Part shown: positions 26,836-42,327 of the stretch, piece by piece
Layout: each line of letters begins with the position of its first letter
How positions within the stretch are numbered: position 1 is the first letter of the stretch
From: Eledone cirrhosa
Taxonomy: Eukaryota
Reading direction: 5' to 3'
Assembly: GCA_964016885.1 (NCBI GenBank)
Contig: OZ024743.1
Location: forward strand, 41,540,001 to 41,604,000
DNA: 64,000 bases
Program-made: the position numbers and the translations under genes
The notes under the pieces: generated by a model
What the model was told of the DNA's origin: nothing
Database searches by the model: none
The model's input: the letters and a program-made list of their open reading frames with translations, nothing else

Positions 26836-27020
26836 TCATGGGCGAGAGACAACAGACCGTGCGACTCGAGTGGTGTGTGTATGCATGAATGAATACATTA
26901 AGCCAGTGATTTTAACTGATAGCACTATCAAGTGAACTAGCAATAGCAGTAATCTGTATAGTACCATTACTTTTTTTGTGTTTCGGATACCTAAATATGG
27001 AATGTTACGCGATGACCCCC

Positions 27021-27333
27021 CTACCCCAACACAGCCGCGGCGGGCAGGATGGAGAAGGCATTCCCGCGGAGGACGGCAAGGGAGACGCGCTGAAAAAGCC
27101 ACTCCAACTCGCGGGGTTCACACCTGCGGCTGGCCAGCTCAGCGCCTATGGTGGTGAGTAGGGTGGTAGACCTGGGTCCGAGGACACCAGAAGTCTCCAC
27201 TGCCAGGTGTACAACCGCAAACCTGTTAAAGAGCGACCGGAATTTGAGGAGCTTGTCCTCCTCAGCCCGACGTGCCGCAGAACCTGGGTTAGTGGCAGAG
27301 TGCACCAGGTTGCGGCTGCAGAAAGTGACGTAG
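27021..27333 (-). mobile_element. CRE-like non-LTR retrotransposon C-terminal fragment
   Basis: PGSAARRAEEDKLLKF...LAVETSGVLGP...WLFQRVSLAVLRGNAFSIL. Confidence 0.8.
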
Positions 27334-27350
27334 ATTATTAGGTGATTATT

Positions 27351-27545
27351 AGGGCGGTGGATTGGCAGTATCAGTAGAGGGTTCGACTCTATGCTTTCCA
27401 GCATAGAGTTACGTCCCTTTACGAACTGAGTTCAAATCCCTCCGAGGTTAACTTTGCCATTCATCCTTACGTGGTCGATAAAATAAAGTACCAGTAATGT
27501 ACTGAGATAATTGCGGGCCTTGTGCCCAAAATAGAAACAATTATT
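27351..27545 (+). mobile_element. Full-length tRNA-derived SINE with TSD-like repeat
   Basis: A/B boxes; ATTATTAGGTGATT at 27334-27347 and 27540-27553. Confidence 0.88.
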
Positions 27546-28384
27546 AGGTGATTTTAGATATTGGATCAAATTGAATATTTAGAATGTAAGATGTAGTGTA
27601 CTGATAGACTGTTGAGTGGCTTATAAATGGGTAAACTCTCAGGAAGCTTACTTACATAAGCAACTGGCAGAGTTAGACACTTCAAACCACTGTAATGGAT
27701 CTTTGATTGTATCTCCCTCATATACTTTTAGTGGATTGTAGAAGGTATATGTAGTTAGACTGATAAATAGCATTTATAGATAGATGGCAAATACAGCCAG
27801 AATTGTCCGGTGGCAATTATATTAAGACTTTTAGGTAGTTTCAGCCAGTTACATAGCTGATATGTTTAGATCATTTGATGGCGAATATATTTAATTAAGT
27901 GGCTTGGTGTCTTATCAAAACTTCAAAAAGTTTGCACTCTGTTGGAGGTTAGTTTGAAATACTATCTCACACACAAAGATTCTCATACGCGTGTATTTAT
28001 TTATATGATGTCTGTGAATGCGTGCCTGTTTGCATGGGAATATGATGATTAAATTCGTAGAGTGGGTACTCCTCTGGAGTTAATTAGTGCAGAGGAGATG
28101 AGACATATGTGTTAATTTAAAGACCGAAACCGTTTGATCTCCAACAGCGTACTTATGTCTACGAATTTGACAAACATAAAGCGTCAATACGTCAACTAAA
28201 ATAGTAGCACACATACGTCTGCAAAACATACATATTTCAGTGGGCAGGATTATGTGTATATGCGTTGATTGCTCGTATGTGTATGCTTTGAGTGCGTGCA
28301 CATGCACGTGCGTTTCAGTATGCAAATATATATCTAAAACACACTTGATTTTAAATATTACGTAGGAATCTCACACGTGCAGTA

Positions 28385-28415
<31 letters not shown>

Positions 28416-28439
28416 CAATTATACATATATATATACATA

Positions 28440-28947
28440 TATAACGGAAATAAAAGACCATGTGACCTCTGCACCGATGAGGCCCTGGAAATACTCTACG
28501 CCACAAACCACATCTTAAACAAAAAATCTGAGGCAATTTCGGCTTGTAAACATAAATTACACAAAACTTTCCTGTATTACAGCCCCACGTTATACCCTAA
28601 CGGATAGTACGATTTATACGTGGATATTTTACGTCTTGATGTGGGAGCTAAGTATATGTTTTGTTTATACCATTACCTATTTGCATAGCCAGGGAACGTT
28701 TCCACGAATAAAAGTATCGTCTTCCTGTCTTCCTCCGGTTGCAACGTTTTTTGAAATATCCACTTTTGCGTTTACAGATTGACTTTGTTAGTTTCAGAAG
28801 ATCCCGTTAAGGGTGAAAGCAGCGATTCTTTGCTTAAACTTTAATATGTTATTTTAATAAATATTTGCTCTACGGTTCTTATATATTTGATATATATTTA
28901 TCCTTATCGAGCCCTCTTTGGATTTTAGTCTTCAAATTTATTATTAT

Positions 28948-28950
<3 letters not shown>
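28440..28950 (+). mobile_element. PLE 3' fragment (GIY-YIG C-terminus plus pLTR with degenerate HHR at 28790-28840)
   Basis: NKRPCDLCTDEALEILYATNHILNKKSEAISACKHK; AGTTT-CAGAAGA-tCCCgttaaGGGt-GAAA-GCA...TGC-TT-AAACT. Confidence 0.8.
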
Positions 28951-29009
<59 letters not shown>

Positions 29010-32000
29010 TGGTAAAAGGAAAAGAAAATGCTGACAAATTGTTCCCAGTGAAAAATAGTTTAATTAGGAATAAGTAAAAATTAGTAATATGTATTGGTTA
29101 GTATTCAGTTTTGGTTTTAAGTTTTTACCGGTTGCGCATTTCTAATGCTTTTCAAAAATAATTTTGAGGTAGAGCGCCCGTGATGTTTGCTGGGCGCTCT
29201 ATCTCAAAATTATTTTTGAAAAGCATTAGAAATGCGCAACCGGTAAAAACTTAAAACCAAAACTGAATACTAACCAATACATATTACTAATTTTTACTTA
29301 TTCCTAATTAAACTATTTTTCACTGTGAACAATTTACCTGTTCAGGAAAACCCATAACAGAACCGCACAACAACTTCAGAAACCCCCAGCTACTAACAAA
29401 AGAAGAGGGAAGCACCACACCGAAGATGAACTTCCCAACCTCGCTTCCATAAGAAGGAACAAAAACCCTAGAAATCATCACCCCCAGAATGACATTTACA
29501 ACTTTCCCCCTTCAAGGAGACACCATACCAAATCACTCAACTACTACGCGGATGCCTCATCGTCAAACATAGGAAAAAGATACCACCACCATGATAGATG
29601 TAACAAATCCCCGCTACAAGGGGACAGCAAGGTAATTTCCATGTTCTCAACTCTCGCTTCCACAATACGCAACAAACCCACACCACACGATACAACCAAA
29701 AATGTAGGCCACCTATAATACCACAATCCAACATGGAACATAGAAACACACATCCATACTCGCAATACAGGAACACCCCATTCAATCGACAACCACGAAC
29801 CCGAACCACATTTTACAACAACAAGGAATATAACAAACAGGAGACCACTTAACATCAGCAGACAACCCCTCTACCCCAACCACTTTTTAGACACATCACA
29901 CAGATACAGCAAACAAAATAACACAAGACAGGGAGGAGTAACCGAGAGTAATAAATATTATCAATCTAACTAGTGCAGAACCAACACCCAACCTTATCAA
30001 CTTACTCTCCAAAGGTCATAAATTCACACCGACCCCACTACGTCCTAACTACTATGAAATGAAGGAAGACATCACAGACTTCTGTAGAAAGTTACGACTC
30101 AGTGAAGAACTATTCAACCAGTACAATGAGGATGAATCATTAGCCAGAAATAGAAGCAACTACACCCCATCAAAAGGTAGAAATAAAATCCTAGACGAAT
30201 TCTATGAACACATCACAAACTTCCCTTATATCACTTGCACAGACAAAAAACACAAGCCAAACCTCAACAAGAAAGAATGGGAAGAATTAAATAGATTAAA
30301 ACCTACAGAACTATTACAATTAAAGAGGCTGATAAAGAGAGTACAATAGTCCTAATGGAGACAGAATGTTATATCAACTTAGCGCTCTCCACTTTGGAAA
30401 ACGAAACATACTACGAAAAGGCTGAATACTACAATCAACAGAAAATTATGAGAAACCTAAAAACTCTGATCAACCAATACAAAGAAGGACTCACTAACAA
30501 GGAATTCAGCTTCATCACAGACTTCACAAGTAAATCCAGCCTTTTCTACGGTATCCCTAAATTACATAAAAGCGAATTAATAAGTAAGGCATGCAAGGAA
30601 GTCACAGACATAGCCATCAATGTCCTCACCCAATGATCTCATATTAAGACCTATAATAGCAGGGCCCGCTTGCGAAACCCACCGCCTTAACAACTTCATT
30701 GATACCCTTCTCAAGCCTTTTCTCAAACACATCAAAGCTATATAAGGGACGACCTAGATATGTTCAATCACCTCCCTAATATGCCCCTTTCTGAACAAAC
30801 CCTACTAGTAACGTTCAATGTAGACAACCTATACTCCAATATCCCCCACAACCTAGGAATAGAAGCTATCCTATTCTTGCTGGATAATTACCACAATGAA
30901 CTCCCACAACGCATCAAAGAAGAATTCGTGATAGTAGGACTCAAATTTATATTGGAGAACAATTACTTCGTTTTCAATAACAAATCCTACAAGCAGAACT
31001 GGGACCGCTATGGGAACGAAAACAGCCCCCACTTATGGCAACCTATTCATGGGATACCTGGAAATCACCCTCTACACTAAAGTACTAAAACAATTGGAAA
31101 CACTCTCCACTTACACATAGAAAAGAACTGGAAGCGATATCTAGATGACTGCTTCATCCTTTGGTACGAAAACATCGAGAAACTTAAAGAATTTCACACC
31201 CTTATAAAAGGGCTGAACACGAATATTAACTGTACGATGGAATACAGCCATCAACAACTCCCCTTCCTCGACATCCTCATTAAGATTCATAACAAAAAAA
31301 TAGAAACAGACATATACTACAAGCGACAGACTCCAAGCACTATCTTCCTTTCAACTCTTGCCACCCTAGACACGTTAAAATTAATATTCCCTACAACTTA
31401 GCCAAGAGAATCTGTACTATAATCTCCAATAAAAACACCTGTTACTTACCGCTACAAGAAGTAAAGGACACACTCATAGGCAGGGACTACCCTGCATCAC
31501 TAATTGACAATTGAATCCAACGTGCCCTAAAACTCAGTACCCACGACCTTAGACACCCTGAAGTAAATCAACCGAAGCTAAAAGCTCTTCCATACATCTC
31601 CACACACAAGCCCCTCAACAATGAGGCCTTTGACACCATCCTCCAGAACATCCCTGTGTTAAAAAAGGACCATAGAATGAAAGAAATCCTTCGAACACAC
31701 GATCTCATAAAGAGCAAAAGACAATCTAAGTCAATGAAAAAACATCCTAACATTTGCCAAAGTACTGCCAATCACAACAACGAAACCCACAGTAAAAAAA
31801 TGCGATAGACCCAACAGTGGCATATGCATCAACCTAATAGAGGGTTCAGAATTCTATTTCAAAGAGGGACAACGTTTTATAGTAAAACACAATTTCACAT
31901 GCGCATCATACAATCTAATATATGAATTAACTTGCTCAGGTTGTCGAGAACAATACATAGGCCAGATCAAAAACAGCCTCCGCCAACGCATGACTGTCCA

Positions 32001-32646
32001 TAGATCCCAAATTAAAATACGGGAATACAGAAAAATACCACCGAGTGAACACATTGATACCTGTGCCGCCCAAAATCATCCCAACTTTAGAATATTTCCC
32101 CTCTACAAATTTAAAGATAATGCCACCCCCACCCAGCTCATCAGCAAGGAATCTCACTTTATTAACAAATACGGACCCCGTCTAAACACTTCTCCCTAAG
32201 ACGATCCCACAACAGACACTCGTCAACATACATACCTACATCTGCATACATCCTACATACATTTCTATCCACATATAAACACAATGACATACGTAAACAC
32301 ACATGTTATATGGTGCAACACAAATATACACACGTTTAAATGTCTATAGATATAAACGTGCCGACACACACACATACATATACGCACACATGCATTGCAC
32401 ATTGATGGGCACATACATATTTGTACACAAGTATTCCCATACGGCAGGGACTAACGGATTCCACTTGCAGTACGTACAATCTGAACACTCACACACACCT
32501 TGGTGTTATGACAATACTATACATCATTTCACCCCTTTTATTATTAATGTTTTGGATGTTCTTTTGAGAGAATCGTTTTTGCAAATTACTGAAAATATCG
32601 AATAATGTACACCATTTTTAACAGTATCACAAAAATACTGGTCCAT

Positions 32647-32735
<89 letters not shown>

Positions 32736-32898
32736 TACACACGCGTACACTAACATACAAACAAACATATACACACACACACACACTTCTCCCTATAGGA
32801 CAAGAGCTGAAATATATCTCTCAACATGTTAAAATAGCCCCCCACACACGTACAGACACATTCCTACTGACCGAATCCCTCTACCACAAACCACTCTG

Positions 32899-32934
<36 letters not shown>

Positions 32935-33529
32935 TTGTCTTAATAGACACCTGAACCGTTGTCCTCCACACACACATCCTTCCTGACCATTATCACAACA
33001 ACGAACCTCTTTACTACACACACACACATACACATATTTCTCTTAAAATACTTCTTTTTCAGTGACTTCTCAAGCAGGCGAAAAAGAATACTCGGCGACA
33101 AACCTACATTTGGCGCAAAATCAATTTTAAACATTCACGTGACCTCTACCGACCAGTCAAAATTGTTTTGACTACAAGAATTTTTCAACACGAATTGCGC
33201 GAAACTTATAGTACTCATTCACGTGACATTCAACGACCAACCAAATCTTAATACCTCTAGAGCCACTTTTAAATCTTTAAATCTTAATACCTAGAGCCAC
33301 TTTTTCCACATAAAACAGGTAGAATTTCCAAAGCTGATCAGATTAGAGCAAACATCACGGCCGCTCTATCTCAAAATTATTTTTGAAAAGCATTAGAAAT
33401 TCGCAACCGGTAAAAACTTCAAACTAAAACTGAATACTAACCAATACTTAATACTAATTTTTACTTATTCCTAATTAAACTATTTTTTACTGGGAATAAT
33501 TTGTCAGCATCTTCTTTTCCTTTTACTAA

Positions 33530-33530
<1 letters not shown>
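29010..33530 (+). mobile_element. Near-complete Penelope-like element: inverted pLTR fragment, direct pLTR fragment, ORF, 3' pLTR
   Basis: 29010-29179 inverted vs 29192-29336; the same sequence direct at ~33360-33530; both ends in (TA)n. Confidence 0.92.
29945..32199 (+). pseudogene. Frameshifted PLE RT/GIY-YIG ORF
   Basis: LLSKGHKFTPTP, FYGIPKLHK, LRPIIAG, FNVDNLYSNIPH, WKRYLDDCF (31138), LPFLDI, LIYELTCSGCREQYIGQ. Confidence 0.92.
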
Positions 33531-34736
<1,206 letters not shown>

Positions 34737-34931
34737 GTTTCAGTGTGTGTGGGCGTGCGTGTGTGGGATTAAGTGTCCATGTGTGATAAATTTAATAGCA
34801 TAAATATGTATGCACTTACGAATGAAACTACATAAAAAAAGGTTTGCTGAAGCACAGGCGTACAGTCACACACACACACACATAGACACACACACACAAA
34901 CACAAATACACCAATACACACACATACACAG

Positions 34932-34999
<68 letters not shown>

Positions 35000-35219
35000 G
35001 AACATGTATAAGAATTTAAAGTTAAAACGCATATGAAAATAAATATATTAGCCTACTCAGAAAGGGAAACGCAAAGAATTATTTAAGAAGCAATTATTGT
35101 AATTCATTTTAACCATATTTCGTGTAATATATTTAGTTAAGCGACAATGAATGTAGATATGGCAACGAATATCTACCTAGCCATATATACATTAACGTGA
35201 CCATCTAAACCCAATAAAT

Positions 35220-37330
35220 AACTGTTTCTACTTTTGGCACAAGGCCAGCAATTAACCCAGTGTATTACTGGTACTTTATTTTATCGACCCCGAAAGGATG
35301 AAAGGCAAAGTTAACCTCGGCGGGATTCGAACTCAGAATGGCAAGGACCGTAACTCTATGCGTCAAAGCATGGCGTCCGACCCTCTACTGGTACTGCCAA
35401 ACCCAATAAATAACAATGAGTAATATTATATTTGACTTGGTTTGAATTGACAGTATCGGTAGAGGGTTGGACGCCATACTTTCTAGCATAATTACGTCCT
35501 TTTACGGTCTGAGTTCAAATCCCGCCAAGGTTAACTTTGCCTTTCATCCTTACGGGGTTGATAAAATAAAGTACCAGTAATGTACTGGGTAATTGCTGGC
35601 CTTGTGCCTAAAGTATAAACAATTATATTTGACTTGGTTTGAAGAAGATACTTCAGTCAAAACTATAGCGGTTGTAGATATTTTAACTTGTATGAATGAC
35701 ATCAAATCTATGGAAACAGATAACGATTTCTGATTTAGGCACAAATTCAACAATTCGGAGGAGGGGCCGATTAAATCTACTCTAGTGCGTTACTGGTATT
35801 TTATGTTATCGACCACATTAGCATGAAAGGCAAAACCAGCCTCGGCAGGATTGGATCTTAGAACGTAAAGGGCCGTAACTATGTGACGTAAAGCATTTTA
35901 TCGATGCTCTTTCTATACTACCATTTCACACCCATATCCACCATCAATATTACAACTAATAACAAGTGTTTCTACTTTTGGCACAACGCCAGCAATTATT
36001 CCAGTGTATTACTGGTACTTTATTTTATCGACCCTGTAAGGATGAAAGGCAAAGTTAACCTCGGTGGGATTTGAACTCAGACCATAAAGGGCCGTAGCTC
36101 TTTGCTCAAAGCATGGTGTCAGACCCTCTACTGATACTGTCAATTCACCTTCTACTACTACTAATAATAATAATTGTTTCTACTTTTGGCACAAGGCCAG
36201 CAATTATCCCAGTGTATTACTGGTACTTTATTTTATCGAGCCTGTAAGGATGAAAGGCAAAGTTAACCTCGGCGGGATTTGAACTCAGGCCGTAAAGGGA
36301 CGGAACTGTACTGCAAAGCATGGCGTCCGAGCCTCTACCGATACTGCCAATCCACTACTACTAATAATAATTGTTTCTACTTTAGGCACAAGGCCAGCAA
36401 TTACCCAGTGTATTACTATAATAATGTTTCTGAGTTAGGCCCCAAACCAAACATTTGGTGGGGTGGGGGAAAGTCAATTAAATTGACCACAGTCTGTCAC
36501 TGGTACTATATTTTATCCACCCTGTAAGGATGAAAGGCAAAGATAACCTCAGCCGGAATTGAACTCAGAAGGTAAAGGGTCGTAACTGTGTGTGGCAAAG
36601 CATATTATTGTTGTTGCTGTTGTTTTCTTGACTTGCTTCGTTGTTGCTGTTGGTGTCGTAGTTGTTCATGTTGTTGTTGGTGATGTTTTTAATTTCGTTG
36701 TTTTTGTTGCCATTATTTCTTTCGTCTGATTTTAGATTGTTACTGCTGATGCTGTTGTTTTTGATGTTGGTAAAAACAACATCATGATTGTGGTGGAGGT
36801 GGTATCACTTAGCTGAATGTAGAAGCCGGTGTTACCTGACAGTTGACTTTATATTGGGGAGCGCTCTACGTCCATGTTTTTATTTTTGAATAAATTATTC
36901 TTTCATGCAAAATCAATATCAAATATATATGCCCAAGTCCCCAATATTATGGCGTCCCCTTAACACAGGGCAAAATTGCCGTTTATTTACAGTCTGTAAA
37001 AAAAATATGACAATGAGTGCAACGTAAACACTTGAAAATTAATAAAACTTACGGAGCGTTATTCTTGTACGTCTTGAGAGACCAAGCAGCAAATATTATA
37101 ATAATTGTTTCTACATTTGGCACAAGGCCAGCAAATACCCAGTGCATTACTGGTACTTTATGTTATCCACCCCGTAAGGATGAAAGGCAAAGTTAACCTC
37201 GGCGGGATTTGAGCAAATATAATAATAATTGTTTCTACTTTTGGCACAAGGCCAGCAATTACCCCAGTGCATTACTGGTACTTTATTTTATCGACCCCAT
37301 AAGGAGGAAAGGCAAAGTTAACCTTGGCAA
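35220..37330. mobile_element. Dense cluster of ~8 SINE copies/fragments, mostly minus and partly head-to-tail
   Basis: Repeated TGTTTCTACTTTTGGCACAAGGCCAGCAATT...GGATGAAAGGCAAAGTTAACCTCGGCGGGATTTGAACTCAG at ~35220, 35725, 35965, 36170, 36370, 37100, 37225; plus copy at 35445-35625. Confidence 0.85.
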
Positions 37331-37349
37331 ATATAATAATAATAACATC

Positions 37350-37715
37350 AAGAATGCCTGTAGAATAAAGGAGACATTAACATATACCCGAAAAGGCTTG
37401 ATAGAATGAAAAACCAGCCGTACTTTGTGATGTGCCAATACACAAAAACTGGAAGTTGAAAACCAATCGACAATATATTGTAAACAAAGACGTCCCATTA
37501 CCCGCAGTTAATACTATATCTCTCAAAGGAATGGAGAAATTATCCAAAAATAATGATATTGAAGGAGAAATAATCCGGACGTTGATGGTGGAAACAAAAA
37601 TAATGTATGTAATAAGAGTGGCAAGGGAATAAAATCAACACAAAACAGATGCTTAAATTAAAGTCAGGACTTAACACACATGTAAAAAAATATAGAGGTT
37701 TGCACTACTAGTCGT
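37350..37715 (+). mobile_element. R4/Dong-like LINE C-terminal RLE relic
   Basis: DVPIHKNWKLKTNR.YIV...DVPLPAVNTISLKGMEKLSK..DIEGEI resembles WD.PI.TD..IKANRPDIV..DV.IP....KE.EKLSKY. Confidence 0.6.
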
Positions 37716-38237
37716 GGTCAGATTTTACGAAGCGTAATTTCAATATAATAAAAACAATTTTAAAAAAAAATGTGCTTTTCAATGCAGAGAGAAAAGCAAT
37801 GAAAATGAAAATAAAATGTTAATGAAATTATCGAACATTAATTTCGCCATTTCAGAAGTTTTGATCCCTGAAGCAGTAAAATATTTGAAGGAATTTGTAT
37901 ATAATTATGACTAAATATTTCAATTTTCGTTGGATTTCAATAAATAAATGTCTAATTTAAATTGAAAAATAAATGAAAAAACACATAATTTATAATTCAT
38001 CCCCTTGAAATTTTAAATCGACATGAAAATTAAAAATTAAAAAACTAGACATTTTCTTGAAAGTTTGACAAAGCAAGTAGTAATAGTTTTAAACTTTGAA
38101 CTTTGAATTTTTTTATTTTGATTAACGGTCGTGAATTATTTTACTTTGATGAAGAGTTAATACTCTAGTTATGAATTTGATTTTACTGTGATATAGATAG
38201 AGAGAGAGAGATAGATACATAGATAGCTAGATAGATA

Positions 38238-38590
38238 AATTTCTTTATTAGCCACAAGGGCACACAAGAAGGGGACAAATACAAATGGGCTGTTTACATA
38301 CAGGTATATGAAAATAAAACTATTAATACAATAACAAATAACAATTGAAATCCCCAATAGGGGGGGAAGTGTTACACAGGGGTTGGACACACCCCGAAAA
38401 AATGTACAACCCTCATCTCCAGGAGCACCAAGAGTGAGTACTCCCTTCCGCTCTTCCTCTTTTTCCTCAACCTACAGGCTTATATAGAGAGAAGGCCCAA
38501 CCAGAAGGGCCATCTTTGCAACATTCACCCACCTTTTATAAAATTTGCTGGGGTACAGCACCTCTCTCTCCATCATGATTCTTCTAGATT
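38238..38590 (-). mobile_element. Probable Tx1-like LINE 3' end
   Basis: Minus MEREVLYPSKFYKRWVNVAKM then a UTR ending GCTAATAAAGAAA at a (GATA)n tract. Confidence 0.5.
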
Positions 38591-38648
38591 CTTCTAGATA
38601 GCTAGCTAGATAGGTAGATAGATAGAGAGAGAGGAGAGAGAGAGAGAA

Positions 38649-38720
<72 letters not shown>

Positions 38721-38909
38721 GCGGCAGAACTAGATTATTAGTGCAATGATATAGAACGAATTGCTTTAACTTGAGACACAAGGTCAAAAATGTTTGTATG
38801 TGGCGGTCAAATAAATTACACCCCAGTTCATTACATGTCATTTCATATATCGACTCTGGAAGTGTGTAAAGTTAAGTTGACTTCGGCGTGATTTGAAATC
38901 ACTCGGCAT

Positions 38910-39987
38910 ATTGCAGATAGTGTATGGAGATGAGGTGATGTGGTGATCTCGGGATTTTGAGTGGCAGAAATGTTTCAAAGAGGGACACATGTACGTGGAA
39001 AATGACCCCTGGAGCATACGGCGTTCAATAAGTAGGAGTGAGGCCACCGTTGACCGCGTGAGGCAACTAGTAAGTCGCTGAGTGTTCGATTAATCTCAAG
39101 TGAGATGAGCATGAACCGTGACGTTATCTGATAGATTTTATCACCGAAGATTTAGGCATGGTGAAATCTGCGCAAAGATGGTGTCGAATCTGCTGACAGA
39201 AGAAGTGTCGTATGGAGGTGTATCAGAACAACCTCCATTGTCTTGAAAGCGAACCAGACTTGTTGGGGAGTGTCAGCTCCTATAATGAGCATTGTTTTTT
39301 TTAGTACAAACATGAGACTAATCACCAGATCTTTCAGTAGAGTCGAGTGTCGACAAGACAGTACACACATGAGACTAATGACCAGACCTTTAGAGTCGAG
39401 TGTCGACAAGACAGTACAAACATGAGACTAATCCTCAGAGCTTTCAGTAGAGTTGAGTGTCGACAAGACAGTCGACAACGACAAACTAATGTTTATATCT
39501 TTCTTTGATGTGCGGGGTGTCATATAATTCTTGCTGTGCCCAGAAAGTTATATTGTGGTGGTTGCGTCGTTCAGTGCAAGATAAGTGTGGAGATTTGTGG
39601 CAGGACCACACGTGGCTGCTTCCTCACGATAACCCACCAGTCCACAGTGCCCTGAGCATCCGACAGTTCCTTGCCGAGGACAACATCCCCATTCTGGAGC
39701 AATCTCCCTACTCACGCGACCTGGCTCCGTTGATGTTTTTCTTTTCCTAAGATGAAAAGGGTCATCAAGGAGACCCGTTTTCAAGAGGTGGGAGCTACAA
39801 TGTGGGCCGTGACAACGGAGCTACGGGGAATCTTGCGAGGAAGCGTGGCGCAAAAAGGATGGAAAAGTGTTGTAATTAGAATTGATGGGGAATTATTTCA
39901 AAGGGGAAAAACTTACAGTTTGCAGTTAGTATTAACAAATATATATTTTGCGAACCTTGTCTATTTTCTTTTCTGAGGTACCTCGTA
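38910..39987 (+). mobile_element. Decayed mariner (DD34D) DNA transposon
   Basis: VYGDE..FEW.K.FKEG...VENDP; LPHDNPPVHSA..IRQFL..LEQSPYSRDLAP; 3' end ...TACCTCG-TA. Confidence 0.8.
39303..39472. repeat. Tandem repeat, ~3 x 53-57 bp, inside mariner
   Basis: AGTACA(A/C)ACATGAGACTAAT...GAGTGTCGACAAGAC at 39303, 39360, 39413. Confidence 0.8.
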
Positions 39988-39989
39988 GT

Positions 39990-40314
<325 letters not shown>

Positions 40315-40339
40315 ATATATATATTTATATATATATATA

Positions 40340-42280
40340 TAATTATATAGTGGTGGAACACTGGAAGGTAATATCCGTAGTGGTAGGGCACTCAGTCCAT
40401 GGGACGAGTTAGGTAGAAGTGGTTACACAACAGTTAGATCACCATACCGAGAACAATTGTTTCACCTTAGCGGATCATCAGCTCGGAATGGGCATGGTTA
40501 TAGGAACAGGAAGGACAACCGTACGAACGCGCATGCGGAGAAACCCGGTCACTTCACACAGGCAAAACTAGAATGCGTGCGAGTGGTATAAGGGAGATAA
40601 CTGCGAAAGTCCGAAAAGTTTTTAGGTTGAAAACAATATACAATACGTGTTTGGCGCCGTGTGGACAACGTGTGAAAAAATCATTTCTCGTGTTTTGGCA
40701 ATCACTATTGCGTAATCTCTTTAGAATAGTTATTCGTTCGTCAATACATAAGCCACACGTCAGATTTCCTCTTGCGTATGGCTTGGACTTAGTGATGGCT
40801 TTCCATTGAAAGGAGTAGTCTATACTTGAGTCCTTGAGGGACCATACGTGGCTCGCCAGTTTCGTCGACGAACGTCTGTCCGGGTACCTGAAGGTAGACT
40901 GGTGTTTCAGCAAACGTTTCTTAAATCGGCCATGCCCACATAGGATTTGACCTCCTGTGGTTCGTTTGGTCGTTTGGAAGTGACCACAGCTTCATAAATT
41001 ACAGCTGGTGTGTTGCATTGCTGTTGAAGAGGGCAAGCTTCAGGCTTACGGCAACACCACCCTGGTGGTGTGTTGCTCCTAGGGCTGCTGGTGATGTGGC
41101 CTTCATGCTCTTAGCGCAGGAGTATCCTAGTTTAACTTTGTGTCGATTAAAGATGGAGCGGAATTTATGACCTATGGGAAAGTGTCTATCTAAGAGGGCT
41201 AGAGATTTGTTTCCTACATTGGTTTTAACGTTGAGTGAGAAGGGAGGAGAGAACCAGATAGTTTGTCTATTGTTGCGCTTACTTTTCCTAATGGTGTTGT
41301 TGCTAGTGGGAGAGTAAGGGATAGGTTGTGAGAAGCCGCTGTTAGCCAACGTCGTGTTATAGTAGGGTGCCGCTCTGTCGAAGATAGCCTTATTTGAGAA
41401 TCTAGTATTGATATTCTTAACGAAGTTTCTAAAATCACTGGGAGGATGGCATGAGCCCTTGTGAATGTAATTTAGTTTCTCGTTTAGCTTATGGAAGGGT
41501 ATGTGGGTGGGTGTTCGAAGGTCTAAATTTATGTCTAAGAAATCTACGCTAGAGAGATTGGTGGCTACTGTTATCCTAAGTCCTAACTCATTGAAAGTAG
41601 AAGCTAATTATTTTTTAAACCGGTCGAGGTCGTGACTACTTTTATGGCTCCATAAATTCAGTCCATCGTCGCGGTATATTCCCGTGTGGAAGTCCGGGAA
41701 TCTAACACGTAATATGTCTAAGATAATAAATAGGCCAACCCAGTCACATACGTCAGCACTGTCAAACGATCCCATGGAGACGTCGAATAGGTCTGAAGTT
41801 GTAGACTCCTTTGCCCAGGCTACTCCGTTGTTGAAGAGGAGGATTTTCCGGAAGTGAGCGATGATTTCACTGTCTAAACCATCGACGGTGGTATAAGTGG
41901 TAGCGAAGTCCAATCCTTTGTTTAACAGGGTCTCTGAGATCGACGGCTAAAAATCCACAATGTCAAACTTTGTGAACTTCGATTTTTGTAGGAGGAGTTT
42001 TTGGTAAACATGGTTGGAGGGAGTTGGAATGTTCTTCAGGGATTAATCCAGTTCGTATAAATCCATACTGACGTTGATGAGACGCAATATTGTGTAGGAC
42101 ACGAGGATATAGAGAGCGCTCTCAGGGTAATAAGCCAAACTCGCACGTGGTGAAGAAACTGCTAAAAGCCAAACTTCTAAGTAGTGAAGAGAATCTGCTG
42201 ACCGGTGCTGGAGACGTAAATAGTGGTGGAACACTGGAATATCCGTAGTGGTAGAGCACTCAGTCCATGGGACGAGTTAG

Positions 42281-42285
<5 letters not shown>
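40340..42285 (-). mobile_element. Internally deleted Penelope-like element with direct pLTR fragments
   Basis: DRs ATAGTGGTGGAACACTGGAA...GGGACGAGTTAGGTA at ~40347 and ~42220; RT FDVSMGSFDSADVC...GIYRDDGL; WFSPPFS; GIY-YIG tail LASHVWSLK...CGLCIDE...RCPH. Confidence 0.9.
40442..40491 (-). ncRNA. Type I hammerhead ribozyme
   Basis: CCATTCCGAG-CTGATGA-tCCgctaaGGt-GAAA-CAATTG-TT-CTCGGTATGG. Confidence 0.82.

Positions 42286-42323
<38 letters not shown>

Positions 42324-42327
<4 letters not shown>

Noticed and set aside
27351-27450. tRNA gene
   Set aside because: A/B boxes belong to the SINE head; no cloverleaf
33325-33400. HHR in the pLTR of the 29-33.5 kb PLE
   Set aside because: Boxes read CTGATCA and CAAAA, breaking the C3-G8 pair and G12; not called as a ribozyme
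39303-39472. CRISPR-like regular repeats (also 48666, 61775)
   Set aside because: Plain tandem units without unique spacers, in eukaryotic DNA
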